Shown piece by piece: positions 8,668-14,384 of a DNA stretch of 25,850 nt (position 1 is the stretch's first letter; each line of letters starts with the position of its first letter). A program made the translations under genes and the position numbers. Origin of the DNA: an uncultured Candidatus Saccharibacteria bacterium (GTDB taxonomy: Bacteria > Patescibacteriota > Minisyncoccia > Minisyncoccales > UBA5738); NCBI GenBank assembly GCA_964404915.1, contig CAYOLX010000003.1, positions 1 to 25,850 on the forward strand, read 5' to 3'. The notes beneath the pieces were generated by a model. It made no database searches and was not told where the DNA came from. It saw nothing but the letters and a program-made list of their open reading frames with translations.

Positions 8668-8712
8668 CGTTCTCTTGCCGGCTCATTACTCACAACTCAT
8701 CAACTATTCTCC

Positions 8713-8818
8713 GCCGAGATAGATCAGTGGCAGAGCAACTGTTTTGCGCCAGTCCCGTATAATTTGCCGAGATAGCTCAGTGGCAGAGCAACTGTTTTGC
8801 GCCAGTCCCGTATAATTT
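8713..8818 (+). repeat. Two tandem 53-bp units, each = tRNA-Thr 5' half (34 nt) + 19-nt linker
   Basis: 8713-8765 and 8766-8818 read GCCGAGATAG(A/C)TCAGTGGCAGAGCAACTGTTTTG + CGCCAGTCCCGTATAATTT. Confidence 0.92.
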
Positions 8819-8890
8819 GCCGAGATAGCTCAGTGGCAGAGCAACTGTTTTGTAAACAGTAGGTCGGGGGTTCGAATCCTCTTCTCGGCT
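8819..8890 (+). tRNA. tRNA-Thr(UGU), CCA not encoded
   Basis: Acceptor GCCGAGA/TCTCGGC, D arm GCTC/GAGC, anticodon arm ACTGT-TTTGTAA-ACAGT (TGT at 8851-8853), T arm GGGGG-TTCGAAT-CCTCT. Confidence 0.95.
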
Positions 8891-9020
8891 CAATCTAATT
8901 CTCGGCAAATTTTTACGGGATAAATAGGTCGGAGGTTCGAATCCTCTTCTCGGCTCAATCTAATTTTCGGCAAATTTTTACGGGATAAATAGGTTGGTGG
9001 TTCAAATTCTCTCCTCGGCT
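8891..9020 (+). repeat. Two additional tRNA-Thr 3' halves (8925-8955, 8990-9020) separated by 34-nt linkers, 65-bp period
   Basis: TAGGTCGGAGGTTCGAATCCTCTTCTCGGCT and the more diverged TAGGTTGGTGGTTCAAATTCTCTCCTCGGCT. Linkers are CAATCTAATT(C/T)TCGGCAAATTTTTACGGGATAAA. Confidence 0.9.
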
Positions 9021-9185
9021 CCCATAAAAATGGTTTTTTAAAGCTTGCCTTATCTTGGCGGTTTTTTTTCATTGTGTCGTGTGTTGAAGTTAAATTTTAA
9101 CACAGATTTAAAGTTGTTGAAATTTGATTTTAATACAACATCCTTTAATAAAAACCTCATCAAAATCCTGTTTTATCAACCAAAA

Positions 9186-9229
9186 CAAACCAATGTAAAT
9201 CTTGCTATCGCAAAATTTACATTGGTTTG
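9186..9229. promoter_or_regulatory. 44-bp palindrome immediately upstream of the PaaX-like gene (operator or recognition-site candidate)
   Basis: CAAACCAATGTAAAT-C-TTGC-TATC-GCAA-A-ATTTACATTGGTTTG: 19 of 20 arm positions pair. Confidence 0.7.
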
Positions 9230-9236
9230 GTAATAT

Positions 9237-9815
9237 ATGAATATGGGGACAAATAAGCGGGAAACCGCGAAAAATATTCTGCAATTTTTGCTTGTCGCGG
9301 GGGCGGTGGTTATTGCCGCGAGCAATCCGCGCTTTGGTTCTTTGCTTTTGCGCGGCGCGATGCGAGAATATAACCGCAAGAAAAGATTTCAAGCGAATCG
9401 GCAAAAATTTTACAGCGCTTTTACTTATATGCGCAAACACGGATTGATAGATATTCAATATGACGGCCGGCAAATGTATTTTTCGCTCACCGATGAAGGC
9501 AAGAAAAAAGCCGGTAAATATAAAATCAACGATTTAAAAATCAAGAAATCCAAAAAATGGGACGGCAAATGGCATATACTGATCTTTGATATTGAAGACA
9601 AGCAAAAAATCAAACGGGAGGCGTTGCGGGGAAAAATCAAAGAATTACACTTGTATCAGTTGCAAAAAAGCGTTTGGGTCTATCCCTATGATTTGGCAAA
9701 ACCGATGAAGCTTTTGCGGGAATTCTTCGGCTTGACTGATCAGGAGATAAGAATTATTGTCGCTGATCGCGTTGAAAACGATAAATCCTTGCGTATTTAT
9801 TTCGGTTTAAACTAG
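9237..9815 (+). CDS. PaaX-like transcriptional regulator (wHTH + Cas2-like ferredoxin-fold domain)
   Basis: wHTH segment FTYMRKHGLIDI...FSLTDEGKKK, then KWDGKWHILIFDI...REALR..IKEL..YQLQKSVWVYPYD. Start may be ATG 9243. Confidence 0.82.
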   Translation: MNMGTNKRETAKNILQFLLVAGAVVIAASNPRFGSLLLRGAMREYNRKKRFQANRQKFYSAFTYMRKHGLIDIQYDGRQMYFSLTDEGKKKAGKYKINDLKIKKSKKWDGKWHILIFDIEDKQKIKREALRGKIKELHLYQLQKSVWVYPYDLAKPMKLLREFFGLTDQEIRIIVADRVENDKSLRIYFGLN

Positions 9816-10000
9816 TTTTATATTTTGCCGGCAAAAATAATTCAAGCGGCTGAATTCAAACTTCAATTTATCGCGGGATTACCTTCGCGAATTATTTTTA
9901 TCGGGTTGCCTTCAAGTTATTTTTATCCGTCAGAATACCTCGGCGCTTGCTCCGGTGCAGTTTATTTATGGATAATTTTGTTAAATTTTAACAGAAAAAG

Positions 10001-10042
10001 AAACGATGTAAATTTTGCGATAGCAAAATTTACATTGGTTTG
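10001..10042. repeat. Second, inverted copy of the 44-bp palindrome downstream of the PaaX-like gene
   Basis: AAACGATGTAAATTTTGC-GATA-GCAAAATTTACATTGGTTTG. The loop GATA is the reverse complement of the upstream loop TATC. Confidence 0.85.
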
Positions 10043-10089
10043 AGCGGGGCTGAAAAATGATAAATTTTATCAATCACATTCTTTATATT

Positions 10090-10240
10090 TATTTTGAATT
10101 ACGAAGCTCTTATTCGGCAAGTATTTTTGCGGAGCACCAAAAATTTTATTGCTATAAAATTTCCTAGTATTTTGCGCCAGTCGCGCAAAATAATGCTCCG
10201 GCAAAAATACTTGTCTCAGCGAGTTTCGTAATTCAAAATA
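10090..10240. repeat. ~150-bp Y-shaped hairpin element, copy 1
   Basis: Outer stems TTTTGAATTACGAAGCTC/GAGTTTCGTAATTCAAAA, GGCAAGTATTTTTGC/GCAAAAATACTTGTC and GGAGCA/TGCTCC. These close two terminal hairpins, AAATTTTAT-TGCT-ATAAAATTT and TATTTTGCGC-CAGTC-GCGCAAAATA. Confidence 0.88.
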
Positions 10241-10268
10241 GGTAATATGCGTTTAGGATATACTTCTG

Positions 10269-10298
10269 TTGCTGAAAAATTATAGGTCATGATATAAT
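10269..10298 (+). promoter_or_regulatory. Putative extended -10 promoter for the coiled-coil gene
   Basis: TTGCTG(10269-10274), 18 nt, TATAAT(10293-10298), with TG at 10290-10291. Confidence 0.55.
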
Positions 10299-10327
10299 TA
10301 AGGAGCAGCTAAAAAACAATCAAAATC

Positions 10328-10729
10328 GTGGCGCAAAAGGCAAATAAAAAAAATAATAAAATTCAAGGATCTTCGCGCGAGGATCAGTTTGTGGTTTTGC
10401 TGGAAAACGTGCGTGATGAAATCAAATTAGTTGCCGAAGGCAATTTGATGCTGCGAGAAAGCATGGAGCGCGGTTTTAAAGAAGTGAAAAAAGAGATAAG
10501 CGGTATAAAAAACGAAATGATCATTGTGAAAGCTGAAATAAGCAATATCAAAGATGAGATGAGCGATATGAAAACGGAGATGAGCGATATGAAAACGGAA
10601 ATGAGGATGGGGTTTAAGGGAATGATGGCCGAAACGCTGGCGATTGATGAAAAAATGGATAAAAAAGCCGATAAAAAAGATTTGTTGGTTTTAGAAAAAC
10701 GCGTCGCCAAATTGGAACCTGCCCGCTAA
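10328..10729 (+). CDS. Hypothetical heptad-repeat coiled-coil protein
   Basis: GTG start with upstream AAGGAG. Heptads EISGIKN EMIIVKA EISNIKD EMSDMKT EMSDMKT, including an exact 21-bp tandem duplication at 10556-10597. Confidence 0.8.
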   Translation: MAQKANKKNNKIQGSSREDQFVVLLENVRDEIKLVAEGNLMLRESMERGFKEVKKEISGIKNEMIIVKAEISNIKDEMSDMKTEMSDMKTEMRMGFKGMMAETLAIDEKMDKKADKKDLLVLEKRVAKLEPAR

Positions 10730-10748
10730 AAAATTAAAAAACCGAAAA

Positions 10749-10780
10749 ATCAGAAATCGCCCTTGTTGGCGATTTTTGAT
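10749..10780 (+). terminator. Probable intrinsic terminator after the coiled-coil gene
   Basis: ATCAGAAATCGCC-CTTGTT-GGCGATTTTTGAT stem followed by a T-rich tract. Confidence 0.65.
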
Positions 10781-10863
10781 CGTTATTTTTTTGTCATGAT
10801 TGCGGAGGTTGTTTTTTTGTGCGAAACAGAGTAAAATGGATTATTGCGGATGAAGGAAATATT

Positions 10864-11916
10864 ATGCAAGGATTGGATCTGGAAAAGATAAAAAATGAAG
10901 CCAAAGAGGAGATTGAGAAAGCCGGCGATGAAGCCGCGCTTGCTTTTGTTAATAAAAAATATCTGGATAATGATGGAATTCTGGGAAAATTTTTCAAGTC
11001 TTTGGGGCGATTGCCAAAAGAAGAGCGCGGGGGCGCGGGGGCGGCCGCTAATGAGTTCAAAAGGAATTTAACAGCAATGCTGGCGGCGAAAGTAGAAGAG
11101 TTGGCGGGTGATAGCGACAATTCAAAAAAAGCAGACTTTTTCGATCCGACTTTACCGGGAGCTTGTCCCAAGGTGGGACATTTGCATCCATTCACTCTGT
11201 TGGAACGGGAAATTGCCGAGATTTTTGGCAATATGGGCTTTGAGATTGTGGAAAGCCGTGAGATTGAAAATGAATGGTATAATTTTGACGCGCTAAACGT
11301 TCCCAAGGATCATCCGGCGCGAGATGTGTTTGACACGCTCTATTTGGAAGATGGCTCGCTTCTGCGCCCTCACACCAGCCCGGGACAAGTGCGCTATATG
11401 GAAAATCATCAGCCGCCGCTGCGAATTATTGTGCCGGGGCGAGTTTTTCGGCGCGACGCGGTGGACGCGTCTCATATGCCCAATTTTTATCAGGTGGAAG
11501 GGTTGATGGTGGACAAGGATGTTTCAGTGGCGAATTTCAAAGCGGTGATCGGCGAATTTTTCGCGCGATTTTTCGGTGATGATAATCGGGGCGGTAAAAA
11601 CAAAGTGAAGGCGGAGAATAGTTTACGTTTGCGGCCATCTTTTTTTCCGTTCACCGAGCCGTCGTTTGAAGTGGATTTGCGCTGCGTTAATTGCGGAGGC
11701 AAAGGGTGTTCGGCGTGCAAGGGGACGGGGTGGATGGAGGTGATGGGCGCGGGCATGGTGCATCCCAACGTGTTGAAAAATTCGGGAGTGGATCCCGATT
11801 GTTGGCAGGGCTTTGCTTTCGGTATCGGGTTGGATCGCCTGGCGATGATTAAGCACAAAATTAACGATATCCGCTTGTTCTATGGCGGCGACCAAAGATT
11901 TCTCAATCAATTTTAA
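10864..11916 (+). CDS. pheS: Phenylalanine-tRNA ligase alpha subunit
   Basis: GHLHP, WYNFDALNVP.DHPARD..DT, LRPHTSPGQVR, PGRVFRRD, F.Q.EGL, RPSFFPFTEPS.EVD, CVNCGGKGCSAC, GAGMVHPNVL, GFAFGIG.DRLAM. Start placed at ATG 10864. Confidence 0.97.
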   Translation: MQGLDLEKIKNEAKEEIEKAGDEAALAFVNKKYLDNDGILGKFFKSLGRLPKEERGGAGAAANEFKRNLTAMLAAKVEELAGDSDNSKKADFFDPTLPGACPKVGHLHPFTLLEREIAEIFGNMGFEIVESREIENEWYNFDALNVPKDHPARDVFDTLYLEDGSLLRPHTSPGQVRYMENHQPPLRIIVPGRVFRRDAVDASHMPNFYQVEGLMVDKDVSVANFKAVIGEFFARFFGDDNRGGKNKVKAENSLRLRPSFFPFTEPSFEVDLRCVNCGGKGCSACKGTGWMEVMGAGMVHPNVLKNSGVDPDCWQGFAFGIGLDRLAMIKHKINDIRLFYGGDQRFLNQF

Positions 11917-12069
11917 AAATTAAAAATGTAAATATCAAAAATCAAAATGACCTGCGCTACGCCGAAGGCTTCGGCAAGGCGAGCAATTCAAAATGTAAAA
12001 TGTCGCGGTATTTTTAATTTTTTAATTTTACATTGTCATTTTCCATTTTGATTTTTCAATTTTAAATTA
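11917..12069 (+). repeat. AT-rich hairpin element (GACAAT family) interrupted by a 33-bp GC-rich REP-like hairpin at 11952-11984
   Basis: AAAAATCAAAATGAC|CTGCGCTACGCCGAAGGCTTCGGCAAGGCGAGC|AATTCAAAATGTAAAA, with right arm TTTTACATTGTCATTTTCCATTTTGATTTTT. Confidence 0.7.
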
Positions 12070-12214
12070 CTTTGAATTACGAAACTCTTATTCGGCAAGT
12101 ATTCTCGCGGAGCACGGAAATTTTATTGCTATAAAATTTCCTAGTATTTTGCGCCGGTCGCGCAAAATAATGCTCCGCGAAAACACTCGCCTCAACGATT
12201 TTCGTAATTCAAAG
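12070..12214. repeat. ~145-bp Y-shaped hairpin element, copy 2 (direct repeat of 10090-10240)
   Basis: Same architecture and a near-identical core (GGAGCA...AAATTTTATTGCTATAAAATTTCCTAGTATTTTGCGCC(A/G)GTCGCGCAAAATAATGCTCC). Confidence 0.88.
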
Positions 12215-12223
12215 AAATTAATA

Positions 12224-14263
12224 ATGTTATTCAGTTACGAATGGTTGCAATCATTTTTTAATAAAAAATTACCCGCGCCGCACCCGTTGGCGGACTTGAT
12301 TTTGGCGCGCGGTTTTGAGGTGGAAGGAATTCAAAAGAAAGGACAGGATTGGGTGTTGGATATCAATATTCTGTCGTGTCGTCCGGATTGCTTGTCGCAC
12401 ATTGGAATGGCGCGGGAAATCGGCGCCTATTTGGGGGTGAAGCCAATTTTTCCCAAATCAAAGCCCAAAAAATCAAAGAAAAATCCCGCGGCAAAAACAA
12501 TGATCGCCGTGAAAATAAAAGACGACAAAATGTGTTCGCGCTACACTGCGATGGCGGTGGTTGGAGTTAAAGTGAAACCCTCGCCGCAATGGATGGCGCG
12601 GCGGCTTGAAGTTTGCGGATTGCGGGCAATCAATAATGTGGTGGACGCCACCAATTACGCGATGCTGGAAACCGGGCAACCTTTGCACGCGTTTGATTGG
12701 GAAAAATTGGCATCCGGGCGCGGTAATGCCAAAAAAATTATCGTGCGCCGCGCCGCCGCGGGCGAAAAATTTGAAACTTTGGACGCAAAGAAATTTGTTT
12801 TGGAATCTTGGATGGGGGTGATCGCTGATGAAGCGGGCGCGCTGGCGCTGGCGGGTATCAAGGGAGGCAAGCGCGCCGAAGTTGATCAAAAAACCTCAAT
12901 GATTATCTTGGAATCGGCGAATTTTGACGCCAAAACCATTCGCAAAACCGCGCGCGGATTGGGATTGTCCACCGACGCGTCCTATCGGTTTGAGCATGGT
13001 ATTGACGCCAATGGCACGGCGCTGGCGGTGCGCCGCGCCGCGGAATTGATCGCGCTTACCGGCGGCGGGCAAATTCTTGCCGGCGCGATTGACAAGCGGC
13101 AAAATTTATCTAAATCCAAAAAAATCATTTTAAACATTTCCAAGGCGGAATCACTATTGGGAGCGCCGATTCAAACGGCGGCGGCAAAGAAAAGCTTGGA
13201 GGCGTTGGGATTTTCGGCGCGCCGGGCGAGTCGTGATGATTTGGAAATCAATGTGCCGCCGGAAAGAAACGATGTTATTGTTTGGCAGGATGTGGTTGAG
13301 GAAATCGGCCGTATCAATGGTTATGAAAAAATCGCACCCGCGCCGCCGCGCGCCGCGGTGTTGCCGCCTAGGGAAAATGATTTTTGGCAAGCGAAAAACA
13401 ACGCCAAAGATTTGCTGGCGGCGGCGGGATATTCCGAAACGCGCAATTACTCTTTTGTTTCGCAAAAAGATTGCCAAAATTTTGCCATTGATTTGAAAAA
13501 TCTTTTGGAAATCGCCAATCCCGTCAATGAAGATCTGCGCTTTTTGCGTCCGTCGCTTTTGATTAATTTGTTGAAAAATTTTTGCGCCAATCGTGAATTT
13601 GATTCTTTGCGGCAGTTTGAGATCGGCAAGGTTTTTGCCAAAGATAAGCGTGATGAGCCGGCGATGCTTGCCGGCGCGGCGCGCGGCGATGATTTTTTTG
13701 CCGCCAAGGGGGTGCTGGAATTTCTGGCGGCGCGACTGCGCGCACACGATTTTTCCATTGCTCCTTTGAAAAATTATGATGACGGCGATGTTCGGATGTT
13801 TGACGTCAATCATTTTGCCGCGGTTATGATGGGCAAAAAGCCGATCGGTTATTTGGGGCGCTTGCGCCGTGAAATCGCCAAAAATATCGGCATTGAGCCA
13901 ATAATTGTTTTTGAGCTTAATTTCACCCTTTTGACGCAAAATCTCTCCCAAAAGGTTATCTATCAGCCCTTGCCCGAACACCCCAAGGCGGCGCGCGATA
14001 TTTCCGTTGATATGCCATTGCAAACATTATCCGCCAGCGTGCCGGAAATTATAGGAGAAGCCAAGAGTGCGGAATTGATTGAAGCGGTGGAAATTCCCGA
14101 CGCGCCCTATGTCTATCCGGACAAGAAAAGGAAAAACATTCTCTATCGTTTTCATTTGCGCTCGGACAAAAAAACTCTTGACACCCAAGATATTGACGCT
14201 TGGCAAAAATCCGCCATCGCGGCAATTGAGAAGAATCCGGAATGGCGAGTCAAAAAAGTTTAA
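12224..14263 (+). CDS. pheT: Phenylalanine-tRNA ligase beta subunit (short form lacking the B2 OB-fold)
   Basis: MLFSYEWL start, RPDCLSHIGMAREI, INNVVDATNYAMLETGQPLHAFD, LAGIKGG, LESANF, ASYRFEHGID, DVVEEIGRINGY, LRPSLL.NLL, RDISV C-terminal ACB domain. Confidence 0.96.
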   Translation: MLFSYEWLQSFFNKKLPAPHPLADLILARGFEVEGIQKKGQDWVLDINILSCRPDCLSHIGMAREIGAYLGVKPIFPKSKPKKSKKNPAAKTMIAVKIKDDKMCSRYTAMAVVGVKVKPSPQWMARRLEVCGLRAINNVVDATNYAMLETGQPLHAFDWEKLASGRGNAKKIIVRRAAAGEKFETLDAKKFVLESWMGVIADEAGALALAGIKGGKRAEVDQKTSMIILESANFDAKTIRKTARGLGLSTDASYRFEHGIDANGTALAVRRAAELIALTGGGQILAGAIDKRQNLSKSKKIILNISKAESLLGAPIQTAAAKKSLEALGFSARRASRDDLEINVPPERNDVIVWQDVVEEIGRINGYEKIAPAPPRAAVLPPRENDFWQAKNNAKDLLAAAGYSETRNYSFVSQKDCQNFAIDLKNLLEIANPVNEDLRFLRPSLLINLLKNFCANREFDSLRQFEIGKVFAKDKRDEPAMLAGAARGDDFFAAKGVLEFLAARLRAHDFSIAPLKNYDDGDVRMFDVNHFAAVMMGKKPIGYLGRLRREIAKNIGIEPIIVFELNFTLLTQNLSQKVIYQPLPEHPKAARDISVDMPLQTLSASVPEIIGEAKSAELIEAVEIPDAPYVYPDKKRKNILYRFHLRSDKKTLDTQDIDAWQKSAIAAIEKNPEWRVKKV

Positions 14264-14384
14264 AGTTAAAAAATCAAAATTAAAAATGACAATGTAAAAT
14301 TAAAAATTGAAAAATACAATCAGACATTTTGAAGTTTTAAATTGTAATTTTGATTTTTGATTTTTACATTTTCAATTTACTATC
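14264..14384 (+). repeat. AT-rich intergenic hairpin element (GACAAT family)
   Basis: A-rich arm 14266-14308 matches 18085-18127 at 41/43 nt; T-rich arm 14335-14365 is identical (31 nt) to 18155-18185. Confidence 0.85.

Noticed and set aside
8713-9020. CRISPR array or self-splicing tRNA intron
   Set aside because: The spacers are repeated rather than unique and the repeats are tRNA halves. The inserts are far too short for group I/II introns, and the central tRNA is already intact.
9237-9815. Cas2 / CRISPR-Cas locus
   Set aside because: The Cas2-like fold is part of a PaaX-type protein with an N-terminal wHTH. There is no cas1 or other cas gene and no repeat-unique-spacer array.
9860-9930. 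Degenerate TTTATC..CCTTC..TTATT tandem repeat
   Set aside because: Only about 2.5 poorly conserved units of unequal length, not distinguishable from low-complexity background.
9045-10043. Small ORFs 9045-9233 and 9825-10043 with similar C-termini (NVN(L/F)AIAKFTLV)
   Set aside because: The similarity is simply the translation of the two copies of the DNA palindrome, not evidence of paralogous peptides.
10730-10863. T-box riboswitch upstream of pheS
   Set aside because: The region is too short, and no T-box (AAnnnGGGTGGnACC-like) or antiterminator motif is seen.
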